From Parcubacteria group bacterium (GTDB lineage: Bacteria > Patescibacteriota > Patescibacteriia > UBA2169), in assembly GCA_016181765.1 (NCBI GenBank), contig JACOYR010000001.1, forward strand, positions 93,062 through 157,061: a DNA stretch of 64,000 nucleotides, in the 5' to 3' direction. Of this stretch, positions 1 to 8,117 are shown one piece after another. The notes beneath the pieces are model-generated. The model saw only the letters and a program-made list of their open reading frames with translations. It made no database searches and had not been told where the DNA came from. Every line of letters starts with the position of its first letter. Position 1 is the first letter of the stretch. A program made the position numbers and the translations under genes.

Positions 1-324
1 ATCTATCACCACCTGCGTGCCAAACACGTTGGTTTGGATGAACTCATGGCTTGAGTGGATGGAGCGGTCAACGTGCGACTCCGCCGCAAAGTGCACCACC
101 GCATCAACCCCTCCTGATGCGCCAGCGACCGCATCATAGTCGCACACATCGCCTTTTATGAAAGAGTACCGCTTGTCATCCTTAAACTCCTGCAGATTTT
201 CAAGGTTGCCCGCGTAGGTCAGCTTGTCAAAATTTAACACGCTATCTTCTGGATAGTTCTTGAGAATGTAGCGGATAAAGTTGGAGCCGATAAATCCAGC
301 TCCTCCGGTGACTAATAATTTCAT
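1..324 (-). CDS. rfbB: dTDP-glucose 4,6-dehydratase, N-terminal part (runs off window edge)
   Basis: Minus strand reads [44 protein letters not shown]...[13 protein letters not shown]; ATG overlaps the upstream TGA (ATGA at 321-324). Confidence 0.9.
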   Translation of the reverse strand, partial: MKLLVTGGAGFIGSNFIRYILKNYPEDSVLNFDKLTYAGNLENLQEFKDDKRYSFIKGDVCDYDAVAGASGGVDAVVHFAAESHVDRSIHSSHEFIQTNVFGTQVVID

Positions 325-1271
325 ACTAACGGGCTTTCCGCATTAAAATTCTTTTTGTACCGCTCCTTGAACTCCCGCATGGTAAAACAATGCTCCTGGG
401 TGCCATACTTCTCAACCGCATATGAGGCAATAGTTGCCGCGACCTGCCCGGTTTCCTTCCAGCTCCACTCGTTCATATACCCGGCCACGATTCCGGCGCG
501 AAACGCATCCCCGGCTCCGGTCGGATCAATCACCTCGCGAGGCTTTGCCGCCCCAATTTCCAAATCATAATCCAAGTCTTTTGAATAGATCACCGAGCCT
601 TGAGCCCCCTGCGTCACCATAACCACGGTTCCCTTGCTGGTGAGATCTTCCAGCTCCACACCCGCCTTCTCGCGGAACATCTGCCACTCGTAGTCGTTGA
701 AAATCGCGATTGCCGCGGTTTCGGCGCCGTACAAGAGCTCTTCTGTGGAAAGCGCGGTCATCTGCTGCCCGGGGTCAAACAAATACGGGATCTTGCGGTC
801 GCGCGCCTCTTTGCAGCGCTTGATGATTTCCTGCTTGGACGAAGCAGCCACCACCAGGAAATCGCCCCTGCCGAACTGCCTCGGAATGCCGGATTCGCCG
901 CCGCGGCCAAGCGCGCCCGGATAAAACGCGCTGATCTGGTTGTCGTCCAAATCAGTGATGATGGTAGCAACCGCCGTGTACTCATCCTCGTGGGTTGTGA
1001 TGTGGCTCGTGCCAATAGAAAGGCTCTTGAGGTACTCCGCGTACCTGCCGAAGTCCTTCCCAACGCTTCCGATGATGACTGGATCAAAACCCAGGAGCTT
1101 GAGGTTGTACGCGATATTGCCGGCCGTGCCCCCGAACTTTTCCTCCAGCCGCTCCAGCACAAACGACACATTCAGCATGTGGATTTTATCCGGAATGATG
1201 TGGTTCCGGAAGCGGTCGTTAAAATCCATGATCCGGTCGTACGCGAGCGATCCGGTTACCGCGATGTTCAT
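321..1271 (-). CDS. PfkB family carbohydrate/nucleoside kinase (adenosine kinase-like)
   Basis: GGTAGNIA and DPTGAGDAF PfkB signatures. Confidence 0.9.
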   Translation of the reverse strand: MNIAVTGSLAYDRIMDFNDRFRNHIIPDKIHMLNVSFVLERLEEKFGGTAGNIAYNLKLLGFDPVIIGSVGKDFGRYAEYLKSLSIGTSHITTHEDEYTAVATIITDLDDNQISAFYPGALGRGGESGIPRQFGRGDFLVVAASSKQEIIKRCKEARDRKIPYLFDPGQQMTALSTEELLYGAETAAIAIFNDYEWQMFREKAGVELEDLTSKGTVVMVTQGAQGSVIYSKDLDYDLEIGAAKPREVIDPTGAGDAFRAGIVAGYMNEWSWKETGQVAATIASYAVEKYGTQEHCFTMREFKERYKKNFNAESPLV

Positions 1272-1280
1272 ATTTCACAC

Positions 1281-1333
1281 GTCACCCTGAACGAAGTGAA
1301 GGGTCTAATGCCTTTACTGATTAGAGATTCTTC
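1281..1333 (+). repeat. Partial GTCAY-type REP-like palindrome
   Basis: GTCACCCTGAACGAAGTGAAGGGTCT...AGAGATTCTTC resembles the left arm and start of the right arm of GTCATCCTGA-type REP-like elements; overlaps the HIT stop. Confidence 0.45.
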
Positions 1334-1728
1334 TTAATATCTTCCGCAACCTTTGCAAGCTCGCCTTGATTGGTCTGCGTGCCGTGCCACAGTTGATGCC
1401 CATCTCCGGCGAACCGCGGCATGATATGGAAGTGCGCGTGGAACACAATCTGTCCGGCTCCGGACCCGTTGTTTACGCCGAGGTTGAAGCTGTCAGCCCC
1501 AACGCCCGCAAGAACCGCGGGAGCGATTTTCTGGATGGCATTCATGAGTTTGGCGCCAAGCTCCGGGGGCATATCCAGCACATCTCTATGGTGCGCTTTG
1601 GGAATCACGAGCGTGTGCCCGGGATTTACTGGATTGATGTCCAAAAACGCAAGCACCTCTCTATCCTCATATACCTTATGAGACGGAATGTCTCCGGAAA
1701 CTATTTTGCAAAAAATGCAATCCTGCAT
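1321..1728 (-). CDS. HIT family hydrolase
   Basis: DCIFCKI N-terminus and HAHFH triad. Confidence 0.93.
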   Translation of the reverse strand: MQDCIFCKIVSGDIPSHKVYEDREVLAFLDINPVNPGHTLVIPKAHHRDVLDMPPELGAKLMNAIQKIAPAVLAGVGADSFNLGVNNGSGAGQIVFHAHFHIMPRFAGDGHQLWHGTQTNQGELAKVAEDIKKNL

Positions 1729-1740
1729 AATGATTTTCGT

Positions 1741-1776
1741 CTATAGTTTTTCCCTGTCCAGCCCTGCCCGTTTCAA
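1741..1776 (-). pseudogene. Probable 3' remnant of a hicA toxin gene
   Basis: Directly after the hicB stop, another frame reads LKRAGLDREKL-stop, like HicA C-termini; no start or N-terminal part. Confidence 0.5.
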
Positions 1777-1970
1777 ACTGGAATTGGCTTATGGCGCTCG
1801 TGCAATGTCTCAATATAAACTTCAATAGCTTCACGAATATTCACCTTTGCCTGCTCCAAGGTATCTCCCTCTGAAATGCATCCAGGAAGGTCCGGGACTT
1901 CCACGGTATACCCGCCTTCTGTTTGAGACATACATACGGCTTCGTATCGTAATGATTTTATAGTATTCAT
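1773..1970 (-). CDS. hicB: HicB family antitoxin (short form)
   Basis: GGYTVEVPDLPGCISEGDTLEQAKVNIREAI motif. Confidence 0.88.
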   Translation of the reverse strand: MNTIKSLRYEAVCMSQTEGGYTVEVPDLPGCISEGDTLEQAKVNIREAIEVYIETLHERHKPIPV

Positions 1971-3151
1971 ATTCTAACGTTCGCGTATATCTGATGTTTT
2001 TCGGAGTATAGCGGAGCAAAATAGGGGTGGAGGCTTTTTTCTTTTTCCATTAAAAACAGGTACTCATGATGTTTGCTGTCGCTATGTATCCATTCATTTG
2101 TCCAGCGCATGCCACCCATAACATTTACTTTATAGTTAATCTCAACCACATTCAGCAGCTTCCCTGATTCATGCATTAAATCACTTAATTCTTGCTTCGT
2201 TGCTCTTCCGCCAGAACTATATGAAAGAAGAATGTAGCGAGATTTAGTTTCTTGGATAAGTTTTTTTAAGGCTTCCATGGCGATAAAAAATCCTTCTTCG
2301 TTTTTTCTAAATTCTTCAAATACGGAAGCGGAGAGTAAATCTCTTGTGTCTACTCTGCGATTGACCTTCCCGAACAATTCCGGTTTATCGTTTTTGATAA
2401 TGGTAGTCCAAATATGATAATAAGAAGCATATCTAACCCTGCTGGGGGGCATTTTTTCATTATTTGATCCGTACGGCGGGTCAAAATACGCAAGATCAAA
2501 TTCATTTTTTGATATGGTGTCAAAAATGTCCCCGCGAATTATGCGATGTTGTTTGTTAGTTTTAAATCTTTTTGGCAATTTTAAGAATAAATCATTGTGC
2601 GATCTTGGAGACCATTTTGCCAAATATGACACATAGTGGCCGAGCGTGCTGTCAACGGAATCAAGGGCATAAATCAAGCTTGTCAGAATAACGCATTTGT
2701 CTTCCCACCCTAAATTGAGTTTATCTATTTCATCTCTGATGGCATCTAGTTTCCTGGTATTTTTAGCTTGGAACGGTTTTTTGCCTTCATCTAATTCCGC
2801 GCCATAGTGTTTTGTGTACCAACCATCATATCCTTTTAGATTGTTTAAATGATCTAAAATTTCTTGGTAATACTTATCTTCTTTTTCTGATTTTAAGTAG
2901 CATGTGCCAAAAACTTCAGACCAAGCTGAAATATCGCTGACAGTCGTATTGTACCCAAGTTGAGCAAGCGCTTGTGACACTCTGGTCGTTCCGCTAAATC
3001 CATCAAGTATATTTTTTACTCCGTCAAGTTCGCTTAGAAGTTGGACAATATACGGCAATATTTTTAATTTTGACCCCGCATACTTAATCCCTTCTGTTTT
3101 GGGAACACTCAATTTTTTATTGCCGAAAATATCTATTTGCTGGCCGCTCAT
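1967..3151 (-). CDS. N6-adenine DNA methyltransferase (D12/alpha class)
   Basis: IKYAGSK, motif I DGFSGT and motif IV DPPY; AT-rich; coupled to the upstream gene. Confidence 0.9.
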   Translation of the reverse strand: MSGQQIDIFGNKKLSVPKTEGIKYAGSKLKILPYIVQLLSELDGVKNILDGFSGTTRVSQALAQLGYNTTVSDISAWSEVFGTCYLKSEKEDKYYQEILDHLNNLKGYDGWYTKHYGAELDEGKKPFQAKNTRKLDAIRDEIDKLNLGWEDKCVILTSLIYALDSVDSTLGHYVSYLAKWSPRSHNDLFLKLPKRFKTNKQHRIIRGDIFDTISKNEFDLAYFDPPYGSNNEKMPPSRVRYASYYHIWTTIIKNDKPELFGKVNRRVDTRDLLSASVFEEFRKNEEGFFIAMEALKKLIQETKSRYILLSYSSGGRATKQELSDLMHESGKLLNVVEINYKVNVMGGMRWTNEWIHSDSKHHEYLFLMEKEKSLHPYFAPLYSEKHQIYANVRI

Positions 3152-4011
3152 AATTTTTTAAGCCTATCAATGTCTTTTTGCAAAATTTCATTTACTGCCT
3201 TATGGCCCTGTTCGGAACTGTTTAATGCAAGGCTGAATAACGTAACAAGCGTGTGATTATGCGAATAATCTATCCATCCGTTTGTCAGAGAATCAAAGTA
3301 ATCTACGGCATTTTTTGTGTGGGTCCAAAGTCCCCGCTGTAACGCATTGGCAGACGCTCCGCCGTATCTCACTTCGCATAGGTAACGGTTTTTTGAGTCA
3401 ACAAACATGTAAATTGGGTGCGAACGACCCTTGCCTGGAACAATATTGCCAGTCAAAAAATCGAATCTCTGCCCTTTTCCCACAAATATAATTCTTTTGG
3501 TCTTGGCCATCGCTTTTTTGTGGTCAAAAATCATTATATTACAACGTTGATTTTTTTCATCGTAAATCAATGGCATAATGTTTATAGCCCCAAATTCAGA
3601 AAATTCAGCTGATTCAAAAATGTTGGCTATGTGCGCAACGCCCTTAATCTCTGATCCGTGTTTTTGGAGAAATGGGAACATTTTTTGATTGCTGTCGGTG
3701 GATAGCTGGAGCGGCCCGTCGCCATAAGCTTTTAAGCTGACTGGAAATTTTGTTTTACTGACTTCGTTTATTATCATTATGTCTTCTTCGTGCTCTTTTG
3801 CCCGAAAAAGATCTTTGCCGACATGAATACTCTTAAAATCGTACATGAATTGATTAATAAATTCAGCCATGCCGATTTCCGCCAAATCGCCATGTGTTTT
3901 ATTGCCTATCAGCCGCATTGTAAAAATATTGGATAGTGTATTGACCACCAAATGACGATTTTTGCTTGCCAGTAGTTTGAACCGATTTTTAAAATCTTCG
4001 TAATTACTCAT
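3148..4011 (-). CDS. Putative type II restriction endonuclease
   Basis: 287 aa, AT-rich, ATGA-coupled to the MTase; possible PD-(D/E)xK-like EEDI...SLK. Confidence 0.65.
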   Translation of the reverse strand: MSNYEDFKNRFKLLASKNRHLVVNTLSNIFTMRLIGNKTHGDLAEIGMAEFINQFMYDFKSIHVGKDLFRAKEHEEDIMIINEVSKTKFPVSLKAYGDGPLQLSTDSNQKMFPFLQKHGSEIKGVAHIANIFESAEFSEFGAINIMPLIYDEKNQRCNIMIFDHKKAMAKTKRIIFVGKGQRFDFLTGNIVPGKGRSHPIYMFVDSKNRYLCEVRYGGASANALQRGLWTHTKNAVDYFDSLTNGWIDYSHNHTLVTLFSLALNSSEQGHKAVNEILQKDIDRLKKL

Positions 4012-4472
4012 AATATCTTGTTATTAATTTTAAACGGCGCGCCAGGTTCCTGCTCCCAGCGTATCTCGTCAACCGCATCCTGCTTGCCCTCGCCTTTGTA
4101 GAGTTGATTCGGCAGATTGACGTAGTAGCCCGGCTCTTTTGAAATGCACTTATACCCGTGCACCACCCCAGGAGGCACCATAATCATGCACGGGTTGTCC
4201 TCGCCCACTTCCATGGTTGAAAGTTCCCGGTACCCAAGTCTTCCCTCGCGGTTCTCCCAGAGGTACATGCGGAAGTTCCCGGGACCCGTAAAAATAAAGC
4301 AGTCTGACTGCTCCTTGTGCTCGTGCGGCCCCCGCACGGCTCCGGGCTCGGTCTTTGAGATATATGCCATGCTCGGCTGGAAATCTGATTCATCATTCCG
4401 CCACGCCTCGCAGAGCCATCCGCGCTCATCAGAAAAGCGCTCCAATGGTTTGATGACAACGCCCTCTATCAT
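4008..4472 (-). CDS. rfbC: dTDP-4-dehydrorhamnose 3,5-epimerase family
   Basis: DERGWL, RGPHEH and VPPGVVHGY cupin motifs. Confidence 0.85.
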   Translation of the reverse strand: MIEGVVIKPLERFSDERGWLCEAWRNDESDFQPSMAYISKTEPGAVRGPHEHKEQSDCFIFTGPGNFRMYLWENREGRLGYRELSTMEVGEDNPCMIMVPPGVVHGYKCISKEPGYYVNLPNQLYKGEGKQDAVDEIRWEQEPGAPFKINNKIL

Positions 4473-4666
4473 ACCCCTACTCTACCAGAATCAGGCGTAA
4501 AAAGCCAGATTGCGCCGGTTGCGATAAACACCGCGAGCGCTATGGCCGGATTGATGAAAAACGACACATATCCGTCCTTCAGCGTTTCCAAGAGGTATAG
4601 GATGAGCGTGAGGCTGCCTGATGCGCGGAACAGTTCTGTGTTGAGTTGTAGGATGAGTGGTTTCAT
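4469..4666 (-). CDS. Small two-TM membrane protein
   Basis: 65 aa hydrophobic ORF with 4-nt overlaps on both sides. Confidence 0.65.
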   Translation of the reverse strand: MKPLILQLNTELFRASGSLTLILYLLETLKDGYVSFFINPAIALAVFIATGAIWLFTPDSGRVGV

Positions 4667-5475
4667 TTTTTAAGGCGCTTGAGTTGGTTGGCGACATACT
4701 CAACAAATCCATCCCAATCCAATGGGTCGCGCAAGAGCCGGATGGAAATGTCTGCGAGCACAATTTGCCCGTGCCCTTTGTTAAGCTCGGGCGCGGAAAT
4801 GAGAAAACTGATCTCATTGATGTACAGCTCAAAGTCGCTCCAATCATAGGTAACGCTAGCCTGGTACCAGCCATCTCCAAATGACTCGGGGGGCGTGTAT
4901 GTTGCCACCAGATAATTATATTGATTGATATCTGTGTTCACATTCATCACATCATGCTTGACATTCGCGGGAAGCGCATAGTTGTACGCAAGAACCGGCT
5001 CGCTCGGCGGCTGGGCAAGGAGCGCTGAAAGATTTGCGTAACGTTCTTGTTTTTGGCAAAACACCACCCCATCATACCGCTGGCACGGCCAATTGACGCC
5101 ATCAATGATTTTGTTCTGCAAGGGCTTCATCACAAATCCCCAAGATCCGCGCAGCTTGCGCGCCCCCAATTCCAAAATGGGCTGGGACTGATTCTGGAAC
5201 GCCATGGTGACCGTGACATGATTAAACTCGCGCGGCACCTTTGCGTCAAAGTACACGGGGTCTATGAAAAAACTCTGGTTATTATCATCCAAATCAATCA
5301 CCCGCTTCTCCGGATGGATGTCCGAAATCGGGGAAATGGCGCTCCCCTTCTTGTACTCAAGAACGAACTCGCCGCTCGGCACCAGGTTCTGGAAAAAGAG
5401 CCACCCTAAAAGCAAGCATGCCCCTCCCCACAGGACTGCCCGCCATGCAATGACAATACGTTGTTCGTGATTCAT
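4663..5475 (-). CDS. Hypothetical membrane-anchored protein
   Basis: 270 aa, N-terminal TM, first gene of the operon. Confidence 0.75.
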   Translation of the reverse strand: MNHEQRIVIAWRAVLWGGACLLLGWLFFQNLVPSGEFVLEYKKGSAISPISDIHPEKRVIDLDDNNQSFFIDPVYFDAKVPREFNHVTVTMAFQNQSQPILELGARKLRGSWGFVMKPLQNKIIDGVNWPCQRYDGVVFCQKQERYANLSALLAQPPSEPVLAYNYALPANVKHDVMNVNTDINQYNYLVATYTPPESFGDGWYQASVTYDWSDFELYINEISFLISAPELNKGHGQIVLADISIRLLRDPLDWDGFVEYVANQLKRLKK

Positions 5476-5509
5476 ATACCACTACAGTACCAGATACTGG
5501 AGAAAACAC

Positions 5510-5546
5510 AAAAAAATCAACTGCCCAAGACAATGGGCCGCGTTGA
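5510..5546 (-). terminator. Putative intrinsic terminator after the TA pair
   Basis: Imperfect stem TCAAC-TGCCCA...TGGGC-GTTGA with a U-run on the minus strand. Confidence 0.5.
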
Positions 5547-5584
5547 GAAAAGAATTATTCCCAGTGTCTTTTTGAAACACCCAA

Positions 5585-5800
5585 CTAAGCCGCCAAACGC
5601 AAAGACTTGGCAACGGGTTTCAGCACTTGTGACGCGTTCAGCACCTCCACGCCAATGGCGCGGCCAAATTTGTCCAGTTCAACGCTCACCCCGGGCGCGA
5701 CTTCCGCGAACTCCTCTTCCGCGCCGCGCTTAACCCCAAAGTAGAGCACGTCGCTCTCCTTGTCGTAGTATACGTTTTTCTTTGCAATGGATTGGTTCAT
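5585..5800 (-). CDS. DUF2283-like putative antitoxin
   Basis: YYDKESDVLY...ELDKFGRAIGVEVLNAS pattern; ATGA coupling (alternative start 5812). Confidence 0.8.
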   Translation of the reverse strand: MNQSIAKKNVYYDKESDVLYFGVKRGAEEEFAEVAPGVSVELDKFGRAIGVEVLNASQVLKPVAKSLRLAA

Positions 5801-6081
5801 AATTTTTTCCATCTCCCGGATTTTATCCGGCTGTTCTTTTGGCCCGGCTTGAGCGGATGTATGGTGATGAGCCGCGCCTCTTTGGCTGTCTCGCGGTACA
5901 CCAGAGCCACTTCCCGCACCTTGCCCCGGTATGCAGTTTTGTTGATGGCGACCGACAGTTGGGTTATGGCGTCAGTGTATCGCTCGCTGGATGTTTGGTA
6001 TATGATGCGAGGCAGTTCATGGTGGATTGACCGCAGTTTTAATCGTAACTCCAAGTGTTTTGAATAGACCACCTCCCTCAT
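5797..6081 (-). CDS. DUF4258/RelE-BrnT-like putative toxin
   Basis: YSKHLELRLKLRSI...LITIHP, upstream of the DUF2283-like gene. Confidence 0.65.
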   Translation of the reverse strand: MREVVYSKHLELRLKLRSIHHELPRIIYQTSSERYTDAITQLSVAINKTAYRGKVREVALVYRETAKEARLITIHPLKPGQKNSRIKSGRWKKL

Positions 6082-6105
6082 GCAACCAGTATATCAAAAT
6101 TGCCT

Positions 6106-6147
6106 AAAAAGAAAAGCGCCCGGATCCTCCGAAGAGAACCCGGGCGC
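6106..6147 (-). terminator. Intrinsic terminator of the 124-aa orphan gene
   Basis: GCGCCCGG...CCGGGCGC stem followed by UUUUCUUUUU on the minus strand. Confidence 0.7.
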
Positions 6148-6194
6148 GGAACAGTCGGGCGGCGTGGCTACCGATCAAATGCTGACGCGATGGG

Positions 6195-6569
6195 TCAGCC
6201 GGGGAGCCACTCCCCCATCCCCCTCTTGGATGGCGCCTGCGTATCCCGGGAGTGCTGCTCGCCGCACTCGAAACCCGCCGCGAAAATCGTGGCAAGCAAG
6301 TCGGAGACCACAGGAGTCTCGCCGAGAACATCCAGAGCCAGGACTGCTTCGAGAGTCTCGTGCACGTGACCTTCCGAAACGGCGTTATTCCAGATTGCCG
6401 GAACCTCGAACCACCCGGTTACCGTCACCGAAACACCGGAACATTCACTCCACCAGCTGATGAAAGCCTCGCGGCTTTCAGCTGCCTCGCCGCTTACCAG
6501 CATGGAGAGGGGATCGTTCCAACTCCCTTCACCATGACTCTCCATAAAACGAACGAACGCATACTTCAT
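6195..6569 (-). CDS. Hypothetical protein (orphan, own promoter and terminator)
   Basis: 124 aa ORF with AGGAGG SD, upstream TTGACA promoter and downstream terminator. Confidence 0.6.
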   Translation of the reverse strand: MKYAFVRFMESHGEGSWNDPLSMLVSGEAAESREAFISWWSECSGVSVTVTGWFEVPAIWNNAVSEGHVHETLEAVLALDVLGETPVVSDLLATIFAAGFECGEQHSRDTQAPSKRGMGEWLPG

Positions 6570-6607
6570 GCCTTTCCTCCTGATTTATCGCATGATTGCG
6601 ATTTATT

Positions 6608-6636
6608 ACCATATCATAGTATTATATTTTTGTCAA
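6608..6636 (-). promoter_or_regulatory. Sigma70-like promoter
   Basis: Minus strand TTGACA-17 nt-TATGGT with TG extension, in an AT-rich divergent spacer. Confidence 0.5.
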
Positions 6637-6667
6637 ATACCTCTTGTAAATGCTAATATGGAATCAC

Positions 6668-7540
6668 ATGAAACAACCATATATCTCAATTATTGTGCTC
6701 CACTACAAAAACCTTGATGATACCCAGGCCTGCTTAAAGTCGTTGGAAAAAATTGACTACCCGAAATACTCAGTGATTGTGGTGAATAATGACGCGGTTG
6801 AACACGGGCGAACGCTGAAAAACGAATTTTCGGACATTACACTGATTCAAAACCAGAGCAATGCGGGGTTTGCCGAAGGCAATAATGTCGGTATTCGGCA
6901 CGCACTTGCAGACAGCCGAACAGACGCGGTGTTGATATTGAACAATGACACCGAAGTTGAATCGGATTTTTTGTCTGAAATGGCACATGCCAAGGGCGAT
7001 ATGATAGCCGCTTGCATGATGCAGTATGACAAACGCGATACAGTGGATAATCTCGGCGTGGTCATGATGAAGAGCGGCCTGCCCTTCAACCGGCGTGATG
7101 AACATCAGAAGCTCTTCTGCCCGTCTGCCGGATGCGCACTCTACTCTCGGAAACTTTTGGAAACAGTCGCAATGTATGTCCCCTCCTTTACTAAGGAGGG
7201 GGTGAGGAAGTGGTATTTTGACCCGCTCTACTTTGCGTACGCCGAAGACCTGGATCTCGGCTTCCGGGCGCGGCTACAAGGCTTTGAGCCTGGGTATGCA
7301 AAAGGCGCAATAGTATACCACAAAGGCTCCGCATCAACCTCAAAACTTTCCGACCTTGCGGTGTACCATACCTACCGGAATCTAATATGGACGCAATACA
7401 AAAACTATCCCTTGACGTTATGCCTGCGAAACCTATTCTGGCTCATCCTGGGCTGGAAACTCATCTTCTTAGGCTATGTGTTCAAAGGCAGGCCCCTGGT
7501 GATGATAAGAGCCGTATTTGACGGCATACGCGGACCCTAA
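6668..7540 (+). CDS. GT2 family glycosyltransferase (possibly C-terminally short)
   Basis: IIVLHYK, NAGFAEGNN, ILNNDT, YAEDLD; contains a palindrome-derived segment VPSFTKEGVRKW. Confidence 0.88.
   Translation: MKQPYISIIVLHYKNLDDTQACLKSLEKIDYPKYSVIVVNNDAVEHGRTLKNEFSDITLIQNQSNAGFAEGNNVGIRHALADSRTDAVLILNNDTEVESDFLSEMAHAKGDMIAACMMQYDKRDTVDNLGVVMMKSGLPFNRRDEHQKLFCPSAGCALYSRKLLETVAMYVPSFTKEGVRKWYFDPLYFAYAEDLDLGFRARLQGFEPGYAKGAIVYHKGSASTSKLSDLAVYHTYRNLIWTQYKNYPLTLCLRNLFWLILGWKLIFLGYVFKGRPLVMIRAVFDGIRGP
7179..7214 (+). repeat. Palindrome family 1 copy, inside GT2
   Basis: CCCCTCCTT-TACT-AAGGAGGGG-GTGAGGAAGTGGT. Confidence 0.8.
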
Positions 7541-7551
7541 AAATCTCCTAT

Positions 7552-7592
7552 AAAAAAATGAGCTTCCCTCTCTCTCCGGAGAAGAAAGCTCA
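7552..7592 (-). terminator. Putative intrinsic terminator of the HNH-like gene
   Basis: TGAGCTT...AAGCTCA stem with an A7 tract (U-run on minus). Confidence 0.55.
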
Positions 7593-7596
7593 CTCA

Positions 7597-8052
7597 TCAT
7601 GCGGCAAGGACAAGCGCCTCTTGCCTCACGAGCAGAAACGACCAGCGCGGATCTAGGAACCACGCGTTGATGGCATCAACGGCTGTTTGGGGATCCGTCC
7701 CCGGAGGGAACAGCTCAAACCACGCGTCCAGGTTCGGCGGCTGCTTGAGCCGGAACCGCTTGTGCCGGATCGGCTCGGGGTCCCTGCGTCGTCCCCAGAG
7801 CAGGACCGGCCTGATCCGGGAACCTTCCAGCGGGTACTTGCGGGTCAGGTCATCCGCAATCCAGTCCCCCCGCCAGGCAAACACCATGTGGTGCCAGAGC
7901 TGGTGCGGCGTTTCCGGGATCAGCTCCGCATTGCCTTTCGGCCACCGGCGTGTGCCCCCCAAACAGCTCGGAAAGCGGTGGTGTACAGTAATGCGGTCCC
8001 CCCTCCACCGGTCCATGAAACCGGCTAGACTGCCGTTCACCCCAATATCCAA
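7597..8052 (-). CDS. Small HNH-like protein
   Basis: VHHRFPSCLGG...N..L....H..WH; start codon uncertain. Confidence 0.6.
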   Translation of the reverse strand: MDIGVNGSLAGFMDRWRGDRITVHHRFPSCLGGTRRWPKGNAELIPETPHQLWHHMVFAWRGDWIADDLTRKYPLEGSRIRPVLLWGRRRDPEPIRHKRFRLKQPPNLDAWFELFPPGTDPQTAVDAINAWFLDPRWSFLLVRQEALVLAA

Positions 8053-8117
8053 ACGTCAAGGAACATCCCTGCCCTCCTCTCATTTTGTTAGGCCCTATTG
8101 CCTGGTTTCATTATACC

